Shown: positions 43,402-54,353 of the stretch, in pieces
Layout of the letters: each line of letters opens with the position of its first letter
Numbering within the stretch: the first letter of the stretch is position 1
NCBI RefSeq assembly: GCF_000315625.1
Contig: NW_005434604.1
Location: forward strand, 248,001-312,000
Direction: 5' to 3'
Length of the DNA: 64,000 bases
DNA from: Guillardia theta CCMP2712
Lineage: Eukaryota; Protista; Cryptophyta
Translations under genes and position numbers: made by a program
The notes under the pieces: generated by a model
The model's database searches: none
What the model saw: the letters and a program-made list of their open reading frames with translations, nothing else
What the model was told of the DNA's origin: nothing

Positions 43402-45285
43402 CAAGCTACAAGTTTTATAGTACTTGATCGGGATACGGCAATGATGGAACCCATTGTGTTGGGAAGAACAGGAAGAGGGTTGCGCAGTTGCGACCAATGC
43501 AGCTTCTAGATTCACCAGGGAAGGAGCACTGCAGGTCAGGAGTGAAAGGGATCGTTACTCAAGCTCTGAAAAGCACGGAAGACTTTTCACAGTTTTAGCT
43601 AGAGGAGGAGCAGAAAGAACGAAGAGAAGTAGGGGAGACACAGCTTAGTCGAAAAGAAACGAGCCAACATCTTGTGCGATCAGCCCCATCGTGGACTGGG
43701 AAGACGAGAAGGAAACAGGAGGAGGAAGCTAAAATGAGCCGCGGTCACTGCTGAACACGGGTTAAATAGGCGTCTCTATGGGTGGGGTGGTTTCCATATC
43801 TGTGAAAGGGTCATCTGTTGGTGTAAGTCAGGGGTAGTCTTATACCTGCCACTAAAAGATCAAGTGGTGCAGTGGGTGGGGGCAGTGAACGTCCAGGGGT
43901 GGTGAAGGAAGAAGCTACTCAAGTACCAGTAAAGATACTTGGCTAAAGAATTAGTATAGACTTTCACGGGGTAATGCTTGGGTGGTCGTGTTGTTATCGG
44001 CCTTTTCCGACCTGCAGATTGCGTTACCACAGATCAGGAGTTTAACCACCATTCTAAAATGATATTTATTGATTTATTATAATATTGAGAATATAAAACA
44101 TTTTTCTCTTTTTTCTGTAAGGCTAGAAGACCCAAAGGGGTGGAGATATCTCCTTGCACCCCCTGTGGTCCACTGGACTTAGGCTCGCTTATGGGGGTCA
44201 TGGGTGACTGATGGAGGATTGAAGGGGTGGGAAAGAGAGTTGGGGGTAGGGTACTTTTACGGTTCTCGGAGGGGGTATATCGTAGGGGTTAAAAAGTACC
44301 CACCCCCGGAAATAACAATATGATGGGGTAGAGAGAATAAGGGGTGTACAAGGCGGAGGAGATGTGCTGTGACTCCTTGGTACAGACTCGAAGAAGGCAA
44401 AACTTGTCTACATCGAGCCCTTCGGAACAACAGTGGGGTGGGAGGCGACCGGACACTCTGACGACAAGGTACCAGAAGCGAGCAGGTTTAAAAGAGGAGT
44501 CAAGAAAGCATCAGGATTCGAACCAAACCCAATGGAACGAGCATGATCATTATAACAATGTCGAGAAGGAGCATATTGATGGATGATTGCAACTTTGCGA
44601 AGTAGTGAGGTCCGAAAGGGGCCGACAGCTAGAGCATCATTCACATGGCATTAGAGTTGTGGCATACATATGACAGTTCAGAGTCAATCGTGCACGTCTC
44701 TCAACCATGATGAGCGGAACGGTGAACGGATGGTAACAAGCTAGCTAGGTGTGCATACAGATATCATGATTGTCAGACCAAGCATGCATTCTATCTGGTC
44801 TATTGCAGTGAATTCCACGGATATGCTTGCCAAGCTTCCTGAGAAAGCAAGCAACACGAGATTTCTTGCATCGAGGAAAACTTTGTCGTTATAAAAAAGA
44901 GCTGCGCCTCGTGTTTCCCTTGGTCCCCTTTCCTGTCCATTACGCTCGCGTGAAAATGCTCTATGTTTGCTGCCAGGCATCTGTAATCAATCCCTCTGAG
45001 TTCGCATTTCCTTGTTCTTCGCTCTATAGTGGGTAAGATAAAAGATTGTGTCCTTCGACTTTGTAACTGCCAAAAATCAATAACAAAAATTTATTCCAGT
45101 GATGATATTCCCCAAATAAAACATGACATATTACCCATCCTGTCTGCTATCACCGAGATCCAGGAAATAATCATCAAAACGTATGTCTCCCGTCTGCAAC
45201 ATTCCTTCTTCTAGCTTTTAACTGGTTTGACCCCCTTAACCCTGCTTGTCATCTGCCTCCTATCTTACACCCCCGTCCCCGTCCC

Positions 45286-45992
45286 TTACAGCTCATCGTC
45301 CTCTCCGCACTCGTCCTTCTGGATCAAGAACCACCTGATAAACGCCGGATCTAGCCGCCCGCCCTCCCCTGGCTCGCTGCTCGCGACGTTGGCGTCTGAA
45401 GGTGGGGGCTCGCTGAGCATCTCGACTCCCTCTGTCCGGCCGCCTTGGCCAAGCCCAAAGTCTCCGTCAGCGCGCGAGTGAGACCGAGAAGCTTCCTCCT
45501 GCTCGCTTCCTGAGGCCGCGGAGTCTGACGGGATGTCTGGAGCTGACCCGGCCGAGGCCTCTGACCGCGAGTCCGACAACCCCGCGTGGCTTCTCCTGTC
45601 CACAAGGGTCGGCGTGTCCGCGGAGTACACCCGCCTGGTGCTCGAGGCTGACCCCTCCTCGCCTGTCTGGGGGCGATGAGGGCGGTCAGGTCTGTCTGAG
45701 GCTTGGTCGGAGTCGTCGCGATGGCGAGGATACGGCCACTTGGGTACTCCCAGCCTCTTGCACGCCCCCCTCAACGCGGTGATGGAGATGCCCTGGAACG
45801 CACGCGCAGTGTCAGTCGGAGGCCATCTGCGAGAGTTTCTTTGGAGGGGGAGGGGCATACCAGCTCCTTGGCAGCCTGGTCCTGTCGGAGGTGGAAGAGG
45901 TTAAGGATGTCGGAGTAGGAGAGGTTGACGACGCCATTGCGGTGTGTCTCGCCATTCTTGCGACGGGGGAAGACTTGCACGGTCGGGAACAT
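45286..45992 (-). CDS. RWP-RK domain transcription factor, copy 2
   Basis: Same exons as copy 1; C-terminus EDDEL. Confidence 0.88.
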
Positions 45993-47936
45993 CAAGCTAC
46001 AAGTTTTATAGTACTTGATCGGGATACGGCAATGATGGAACCCATTGTGTTGGGAAGAACAGGAAGAGGGTTGCGCAGTTGCGACCAATGCAGCTTCTAG
46101 ATTCACCAGGGAAGGAGCACTGCAGGTCAGGAGTGAAAGGGATCGTTACTCAAGCTCTGAAAAGCACGGAAGACTTTTCACAGTTTTAGCTAGAGGAGGA
46201 GCAGAAAGAACGAAGAGAAGTAGGGGAGACACAGCTTAGTCGAAAAGAAACGAGCCAACATCTTGTGCGATCAGCCCCATCGTGGACTGGGAAGACGAGA
46301 AGGAAACAGGAGGAGGAAGCTAAAATGAGCCGCGGTCACTGCTGAACACGGGTTAAATAGGCGTCTCTATGGGTGGGGTGGTTTCCATATCTGTGAAAGG
46401 GTCATCTGTTGGTGTAAGTCAGGGGTAGTCTTATACCTGCCACTAAAAGATCAAGTGGTGCAGTGGGTGGGGGCAGTGAACGTCCAGGGGTGGTGAAGGA
46501 AGAAGCTACTCAAGTACCAGTAAAGATACTTGGCTAAAGAATTAGTATAGACTTTCACGGGGTAATGCTTGGGTGGTCGTGTTGTTATCGGCCTTTTCCG
46601 ACCTGCAGATTGCGTTACCACAGATCAGGAGTTTAACCACCATTCTAAAATGATATTTATTGATTTATTATAATATTGAGAATATAAAACATTTTTCTCT
46701 TTTTTCTGTAAGGCTAGAAGACCCAAAGGGGTGGAGATATCTCCTTGCACCCCCTGTGGTCCACTGGACTTAGGCTCGCTTATGGGGGTCATGGGTGACT
46801 GATGGAGGATTGAAGGGGTGGGGGTAGCCGACAGTCATGGGGCCGTGGAAGTTTTATGAAGGCTGACCGGAGTTGCGCGCTGAAAGAGAGTTGGGGGTAG
46901 GGTACTTTTACGGTTCTCGGAGGGGGTATATCGTAGGGGTTAAAAAGTACCCACCCCCGGAAATAACAATATGATGGGGTAGAGAGAATAAGGGGTGTAC
47001 AAGGCGGAGGAGATGTGCTGTGACTCCTTGGTACAGACTCGAAGAAGGCAAAACTTGTCTACATCGAGCCCTTCGGAACAACAGTGGGGTGGGAGGCGAC
47101 CGGACACTCTGACGACAAGGTACCAGAAGCGAGCAGGTTTAAAAGAGGAGTCAAGAAAGCATCAGGATTCGAACCAAACCCAATGGAACGAGCATGATCA
47201 TTATAACAATGTCGAGAAGGAGCATATTGATGGATGATTGCAACTTTGCGAAGTAGTGAGGTCCGAAAGGGGCCGACAGCTAGAGCATCATTCACATGGC
47301 ATTAGAGTTGTGGCATACATATGACAGTTCAGAGTCAATCGTGCACGTCTCTCAACCATGATGAGCGGAACGGTGAACGGATGGTAACAAGCTAGCTAGG
47401 TGTGCATACAGATATCATGATTGTCAGACCAAGCATGCATTCTATCTGGTCTATTGCAGTGAATTCCACGGATATGCTTGCCAAGCTTCCTGAGAAAGCA
47501 AGCAACACGAGATTTCTTGCATCGAGGAAAACTTTGTCGTTATAAAAAAGAGCTGCGCCTCGTGTTTCCCTTGGTCCCCTTTCCTGTCCATTACGCTCGC
47601 GTGAAAATGCTCTATGTTTGCTGCCAGGCATCTGTAATCAATCCCTCTGAGTTCGCATTTCCTTGTTCTTCGCTCTATAGTGGGTAAGATAAAAGATTGT
47701 GTCCTTCGACTTTGTAACTGCCAAAAATCAATAACAAAAATTTATTCCAGTGATGATATTCCCCAAATAAAACATGACATATTACCCATCCTGTCTGCTA
47801 TCACCGAGATCCAGGAAATAATCATCAAAACGTATGTCTCCCGTCTGCAACATTCCTTCTTCTAGCTTTTAACTGGTTTGACCCCCTTAACCCTGCTTGT
47901 CATCTGCCTCCTATCTTACACCCCCGTCCCCGTCCC

Positions 47937-48643
47937 TTACAGCTCATCGTCCTCTCCGCACTCGTCCTTCTGGATCAAGAACCACCTGATAAACGCCGGA
48001 TCTAGCCGCCCGCCCTCCCCTGGCTCGCTGCTCGCGACGTTGGCGTCTGAAGGTGGGGGCTCGCTGAGCATCTCGACTCCCTCTGTCCGGCCGCCTTGGC
48101 CAAGCCCAAAGTCTCCGTCAGCGCGCGAGTGAGACCGAGAAGCTTCCTCCTGCTCGCTTCCTGAGGCCGCGGAGTCTGACGGGATGTCTGGAGCTGACCC
48201 GGCCGAGGCCTCTGACCGCGAGTCCGACAACCCCGCGTGGCTTCTCCTGTCCACAAGGGTCGGCGTGTCCGCGGAGTACACCCGCCTGGTGCTCGAGGCT
48301 GACCCCTCCTCGCCTGTCTGGGGGCGATGAGGGCGGTCAGGTCTGTCTGAGGCTTGGTCGGAGTCGTCGCGATGGCGAGGATACGGCCACTTGGGTACTC
48401 CCAGCCTCTTGCACGCCCCCCTCAACGCGGTGATGGAGATGCCCTGGAACGCACGCGCAGTGTCAGTCGGAGGCCATCTGCGAGAGTTTTTTTGGAGGGG
48501 GAGGGGCATACCAGCTCCTTGGCAGCCTGGTCCTGTCGGAGGTGGAAGAGGTTAAGGATGTCGGAGTAGGAGAGGTTGACGACGCCATTGCGGTGTGTCT
48601 CGCCATTCTTGCGACGGGGGAAGACTTGCACGGTTGGAAACAT
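47937..48643 (-). CDS. RWP-RK domain transcription factor, copy 3 (unrelated upstream region)
   Basis: Same exons; similarity to copies 1 and 2 stops at the ATG. Confidence 0.88.
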
Positions 48644-50242
48644 ATTTGTGGCAAGATTCCAATTCCTTATCCTAATTGCAAAATCAGTTTCATCATTTTG
48701 CTAGATGTTATTCTGTGATGTTGGTTTGAGTATCAGAACGCTTTTATGCCTGCTTGTTGTCGAGCAAAAGCATTCCATAGGGGGCGAGGAAATGTATACA
48801 AGGACAGCAGCACTGGGTTCTCACTTTTACACGATACATACACGACACAGGCGTCAGTTTGGATTTCTTTAGACAAATGTATGTTGGTAAAATGAGGAAG
48901 CAATCAATGAGATCGCATGGACTGAGGTTGAAGGGGATGCGTATGAAGGAGATGCTCAGGTTGAAAGAGATCTTCGTCGACGGAAGGATATGGGACGTGT
49001 TATACCAATTTTACTCCTCCCCCACCTTGAAAACAATTATATAATTATTATGAGTTTTACTGATTGATCACGGGATCACGTTACCCCGAGATAGCTCGAC
49101 CCTACCCCGTTTTCGAACTTTCTTGCAGTGATTTGGGAGGGTGGGGTGGGATGCTGTAAGGGTGTGTCGAACCAGACAATATCCTCAGATTCATAGCCCT
49201 AGCAACGATACCTCCCTGCACCCTTTTCAGAACATGACAATACGTTGACCTCCCTTGCCTGCTCCGTGGCCGCCGAACCTTGAGCAATCCCTTGGCGATG
49301 AACAACAGGGATGTTCGTGTGCTTTGCCGACTCTGATTTCTCCATGTCTCGCTAACAAAGTGGGGGCGAAAAAAAAAAAACAGATTTCGGCATGCCTACA
49401 AGCTGTGGGATACGTCAATACCACACCCAAGTTTCAGATAGGCAATGGCCCGCACATATCAAAAGAAAGATTGCCTCTTGAACCTATGACAAAGATTCAG
49501 AAAGATGTCCATCAAGGGACACACTGACGTATGAACAGATTCTCGTTTCCAATGGACGGAAACTCAACAAGACAAGCGATGCATCGAGGCAAGCTAGAAC
49601 AGCCGGTGGACACAATTGACAGAATTGTCAGATGTCTACTACATCTCGTGAGCGTAAGACGAGACGAAAGAACGTCTCATTGGTCGAGCCCCCTGAAAGA
49701 CTACTATGATCTGCTGCACAAGGTGGCTGATGTTGTTGGCAGCGCGTGTACAGCAACTTAGTGAGAATATACACACTCTGACCGGCCACACCTGTCGGAC
49801 GGTCGTTCAATCCGAGCCCCGCCGCCGCGGCCGGCCGGCCTCCTCCTCCTCAACCTCGGCCTCGTCTAAGGATGTGGGCTGGAGATTAGTCTGGGACTCA
49901 GGTGATCTGGAAGCTTGGGCTCGCGACGTGTTGGCAAGCGGTGCAAGGATTGAAGAGGCGCGGGGGACAAGGGGGAGCCTACTCGTGCAGTGCGGGAAGG
50001 AAGGATGTGGTGTGTGTGAAGGGAAGCTGTGTGGTTGGTCTTGCTGCTTCAGGTGTTGAAATAAAGTGTTGGAGATCATCTGGGAGCTGATCTGAGTTAT
50101 CTGAGTTGTTTGGTTGGTTGCGGAAGTCATTGGTATCTTCGTGCGCACACTTGCTCTAGAGAGAGTCTTTGTCTTTGACTTACTTGTTACAAAAAGAAAA
50201 TTTTTGGGAAAGAGGAAGGGAGCCTGAGAAGGAGGTGCCAGT

Positions 50243-50631
50243 TGATGTTGCACCCGCATGACGTTACGTCAGTAACGGACATGGCAGCATCATGCGAGTA
50301 GTCGCAAGAGGCTACGTACGCTGGCGAGGTGTATAATGCTAGAATCGAAGATGTGTACTGGACGTAGACGTACGTACAACACATTGGTATGATGAAAGCA
50401 TGAGGCTGGTATAAACCGATACACATGTTTACTCATTGCTGTATTACGGGTTAAGCCTGACCTCGACATATAAGCAACCCATCTTAGACGTTGGCCACGT
50501 CATCGGAATGGGATTGCACGAACATTGACGTGTGTTCTCTTACTGCTGTACATAAACAAATCTAGCTTCATTGTTCATCTGTTCTACTCCTAAGTGCACT
50601 ATCGCTCAGTTGCTGGACTATACCCGCATCA
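50243..50631 (+). repeat. 5' LTR
   Basis: Direct repeat of 57331-57719, no mismatch seen by eye. Confidence 0.97.
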
Positions 50632-50647
50632 GGTTATGAGCCTCGCG
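50632..50647 (+). other. Primer-binding site, half-tRNA-Met type (GGTTATGAGCCTCGCG)
   Basis: Directly after the 5' LTR; complementary to a tRNA-Met anticodon arm (GGCUCAUAACC). Confidence 0.8.
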
Positions 50648-50660
50648 TTAAAAGGAACAG

Positions 50661-53600
50661 ATGTCCCCATACCGTCTACAATGGCCGCCAATCAATCAGC
50701 CTCAGGACTCGATGATTACAGCAGTAACACCCGAGAATATGCAAAGACTTGCCCCAGATATCGAGAACTTTATACAGTTCGAGTTGATAGGGCAATACTA
50801 TGCATACCTCAACTCTGAAGGGAATCCAGAAAACATGAGAGCCTACTTCGATTGTCATTTTCCCATCAGAGATACTCAGTCAGAAGAATTACAGGAAAAC
50901 ATGAGACAGAAAAGGAGAGAATTTGTACGAGAAGCAGATGCTGCTTTGACGCAAATCCTCCACACTGTCTACATGCAATGCCCTGGCAGGATTCAGATTC
51001 TGAAAGCCCACATGGAAGAAGAACACAAATCCCCTGAGACTCCTACAAAGCTTTGCTTAGCTGGGATCAAGGCATGGACAGACTTTAAAAGACTAGACAA
51101 GCCAACCGAAGCAACAAAAGCTGAACAGACACTTGCCAATCTCAAAGAACTAGAGCAAGCAGTAATCTACAACGGAGACTACCAGAGTTACATCCCCAAT
51201 GTGGTTAGGACCTTGAAGAAATTTGCTTCACAAGGCAAAGACTGCACTTTTATCTACACCCGTGCTTTCAAAGACGTTATCGACAACCTCAGAGCAATCG
51301 ACGAAACGGGCGTTCAAGCAGAACTAGGCAGTTGGATAACATCTCAAATCCATCGCAACGCAACGGAAGAAAACTTCTTCTACGAGGGAGAACCCCAGAT
51401 AGAAGATTTTTTGAAATTCCATCAACACATGATGAACTTCACTACCAGAGGCACGAAACACCCAATACCTATCCTTCAAGCAGGACAAGAAAGCCCTGGC
51501 AAGAAATCAACAGAAGCACATCATTCAGGTCAGAAACGAAAGGCGAACGCCGTGTTTTCAGCCTCCATGAAACAAAACAATGCACCACAGAAAGTCAGGA
51601 AACAACAACAAGCAAACTTTACTGGATGCAAAATCTGCAAAGAAAAACGACTTCCAGCAAGGATTTCTCTCAGTCATGCTACCAGCGAGCATGACGCATC
51701 TAGGATCGGAGAAAGAGCCACTGGCAATAAAACAGCGCCAACCATGAAGAGGATCACAGGAAGCATTTCAACCGGTTTTCAGACAAGGGCAGGAAGATCC
51801 GCAAAATTTACCGCCAAGAGTCATCGCTCGTCGAACCCAAACCGTTCAAACGAGGAGAGCGGACAATACCCGAAGTCAAAATACAAGCAAACAGTCAGCA
51901 TCGACAAGAAAGTCCTCGTGAACCTCACAAAAGCCCTGCAAGAAGCCACCTCTACCGACCAAACTGAAACCCAAGAATCAGTTCAAGAATCACCTAGCAG
52001 TGATGAAGACGAATCCGATGAACCGTCCCCATCTCGAACACCTCCGAAACGACTGAAAGAAGTCGTACAAGAGACGTTCCGAGGCACACTAGGACGCAGT
52101 TCTAGAAAGAATAAATCTCCCAAGGAGTATCCCTGTTCTAAAAATTATGTTGTATATCAAAGTGATACCAGGTCGAAAACTGAAGAGACCCAACTGCACA
52201 AGCTTGATGCAGCTCTGTTCTCAAAAGTTTCAAAACCATGGTACCTTGAATACATCTTTCATATACCCAGACTACTGATCAGGAACACTGATCGGTATCA
52301 AGTTTTCCTACACGCGTTAAAAGCGAAAGAACAACAAGAGTCCCTGTACGCTATTGTCGACTCAGGTGCAACTGTAAGCGTACTCTGCAATCCAAGTTGG
52401 TTACAGAGATCGTTTACACACAAAACTGAGATCACCGGCGTGGGGGGCAGCAAGATCAATACATCGCTCGGAGGAATTCTAGCAGGAACGATAGCATCAG
52501 TCGAAGGAAAACGTTTTGCATTTGCAACTATAGCAACAGTAATCAACGACGAAAATGCCAAAATCAACCTGTTATCCATCTGGCGAATTACAAATAGTGG
52601 TCATACAATAATCCATAAAGGTAAACCAGAAGGAGGACTACACGGAATCATTACACTCAACAATGAATTTATACCTTTCTACTTCTGCCCAAGCACCTAC
52701 CTATGGTACGTCGAAATCCAAAGACCCAACAGGAAGACCAATAAGATAATCTCCAAGCTATCAGCAAAAACCATCTGGGATAAAGACACAATTCTCAGAG
52801 AAATTCAAGAAGGCGAAATACCACTCACGGCAACAATCAAGGAGTCAACACATACGACAAATACACAAAGTACATCAAAACGCAGAATCCACCTGATCAT
52901 CCACGGCGCAAGACTGGAGAGCGTACCTCGTTGGGGGGGAAGCATCCACATCTACCAAGCTGCGATGCAGGGGGAGAGCACAACTTCGGCAACAGCTTTC
53001 AAGCCCACGCACATGAAGACCTTTCCTATCAGCATGCGAGATGTACGACCTGAATTAGACACGTCAGAAGAGTCAGACAGTGAAAATGGAGAGACCTTGG
53101 ACAGTTGCAGCAGCTCCGATGACGAGCTGATGACTACTGACGACACTCCATTAGAACCTGCAAGACAATTCACGACGGAAGAGATTCAACAGCAAACCAA
53201 GGAGTATCTCAACGACCCAAGATCATTTACAGATTTTGACGACTTCACAAACACAACGATCGAAGAACTTGACGAAAACGACAAGGAATACGAAGAACAA
53301 TTGAAGAATGACAAGTCAGATCTCAAGAATATTTACCTATATTCAACGGGAGAACGCATCAAAGGAACAAGAGCATCAGCGATTCTGCTCAAGTGGCACG
53401 TAAGAACCAACCACATCGGCAAGAAATACCTTTTCCAACTGGCAGAAAACATCGAAGGCATGGAGGAATTGAAGAGAATCAATCCAAAGACACCCCTGCC
53501 GACATGTCACACATGCCGCAGAGCGAAAACCAAGGCAGCTCCATTACCAAAATTCAGACACAAAAGATCCGATGTCAGATTTCACAGGCTGCATGGGGAT

Positions 53601-54353
53601 ATGAGCTCCTATCGAGTCCGCTCGATCGAAGGAGCAAAGTACCTCCAACTCTGGAAAGACGACTTCTCAGGATTCAAGATGCCTGTAGGTTTAGCGAGCA
53701 AGAAAGGTTACAGGAAATCGTTACGACTTGTTGTCACGAGATTCAACAATGGGGTCTACCCCAAAGTGATTCGAGTTGACAATGGGAGCGAAATGGTTTC
53801 AAAGAAATCACTGAAGATGTACGAGAAGCACAACATCCACCTAGAAAGAAGCGCACCATATGAACATTGGCAAAATGGAAGAGCTGAATCTGGAATCTAC
53901 TCGTTAGATACAAGGACTAGATTGGCAATCGTACACTCAAACGTTCCGAAAAATCTCTGGCTCAGCGCTATATATTACAACGCAGAGATCGAGAATGCAT
54001 TCCTTCCTACCAGCAGAAACTCAAACATCAGTTGCTACCAAGCGTTTACAGGCACATCACCAAACGCAGAACACTTCCATCCATTCGGTTGCCTCTGCTA
54101 CGTTCATATCCTAAAGGACAGAAGATTAGATCAAAAGAAAGACAAAAAACTCGAGCCAACAGCAGAAGTTTGCGTGTTTCTTGGCTTCGCCCACCACCTA
54201 GGAATGAAAGGTTATTTGGCAGCAGCAACGAAGAAGTATTCCCCTACAGATTTTCTCACCCGGAGGACAGATCTTGGAAAATACCATACGGCGGAACTGA
54301 TGATTTTGGCGACGACAACGTCATTGTGCTCAAAAGAGCCGGTGAACGATTGA
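50661..54353 (+). CDS. Copia gag-protease-integrase polyprotein
   Basis: Protease AIVDSGAT. Integrase WHVRTNH..CHTC, HGD, IRVDNGSE, QNGRAES, HPFGCLCYVH, KLEPTAEVCVFLG and MKGY. Confidence 0.9.
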   Translation: MSPYRLQWPPINQPQDSMITAVTPENMQRLAPDIENFIQFELIGQYYAYLNSEGNPENMRAYFDCHFPIRDTQSEELQENMRQKRREFVREADAALTQILHTVYMQCPGRIQILKAHMEEEHKSPETPTKLCLAGIKAWTDFKRLDKPTEATKAEQTLANLKELEQAVIYNGDYQSYIPNVVRTLKKFASQGKDCTFIYTRAFKDVIDNLRAIDETGVQAELGSWITSQIHRNATEENFFYEGEPQIEDFLKFHQHMMNFTTRGTKHPIPILQAGQESPGKKSTEAHHSGQKRKANAVFSASMKQNNAPQKVRKQQQANFTGCKICKEKRLPARISLSHATSEHDASRIGERATGNKTAPTMKRITGSISTGFQTRAGRSAKFTAKSHRSSNPNRSNEESGQYPKSKYKQTVSIDKKVLVNLTKALQEATSTDQTETQESVQESPSSDEDESDEPSPSRTPPKRLKEVVQETFRGTLGRSSRKNKSPKEYPCSKNYVVYQSDTRSKTEETQLHKLDAALFSKVSKPWYLEYIFHIPRLLIRNTDRYQVFLHALKAKEQQESLYAIVDSGATVSVLCNPSWLQRSFTHKTEITGVGGSKINTSLGGILAGTIASVEGKRFAFATIATVINDENAKINLLSIWRITNSGHTIIHKGKPEGGLHGIITLNNEFIPFYFCPSTYLWYVEIQRPNRKTNKIISKLSAKTIWDKDTILREIQEGEIPLTATIKESTHTTNTQSTSKRRIHLIIHGARLESVPRWGGSIHIYQAAMQGESTTSATAFKPTHMKTFPISMRDVRPELDTSEESDSENGETLDSCSSSDDELMTTDDTPLEPARQFTTEEIQQQTKEYLNDPRSFTDFDDFTNTTIEELDENDKEYEEQLKNDKSDLKNIYLYSTGERIKGTRASAILLKWHVRTNHIGKKYLFQLAENIEGMEELKRINPKTPLPTCHTCRRAKTKAAPLPKFRHKRSDVRFHRLHGDMSSYRVRSIEGAKYLQLWKDDFSGFKMPVGLASKKGYRKSLRLVVTRFNNGVYPKVIRVDNGSEMVSKKSLKMYEKHNIHLERSAPYEHWQNGRAESGIYSLDTRTRLAIVHSNVPKNLWLSAIYYNAEIENAFLPTSRNSNISCYQAFTGTSPNAEHFHPFGCLCYVHILKDRRLDQKKDKKLEPTAEVCVFLGFAHHLGMKGYLAAATKKYSPTDFLTRRTDLGKYHTAELMILATTTSLCSKEPVND

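Larger units (their letters stand above)
42637..48643. repeat. Tandem direct duplication, ~2.6-kb unit x2 plus a third gene copy
   Basis: Units 42637-45227 and 45228-47878, plus partial 47879-48643. Offsets are 2591 and 2651 bp; the difference is a 60-bp indel at about 46822-46881. Confidence 0.95.

Noticed and set aside
48860-50240. Second element or gene interrupted by the copia insertion
   Set aside because: Short ORFs without transposon or protein motifs, and no continuation is recognisable beyond 57724.
54032-54353. Programmed ribosomal frameshift between the two copia ORFs
   Set aside because: The shift falls within the integrase C-terminal region where conserved residues are missing, and no slippery heptamer is evident; a deletion is more likely.
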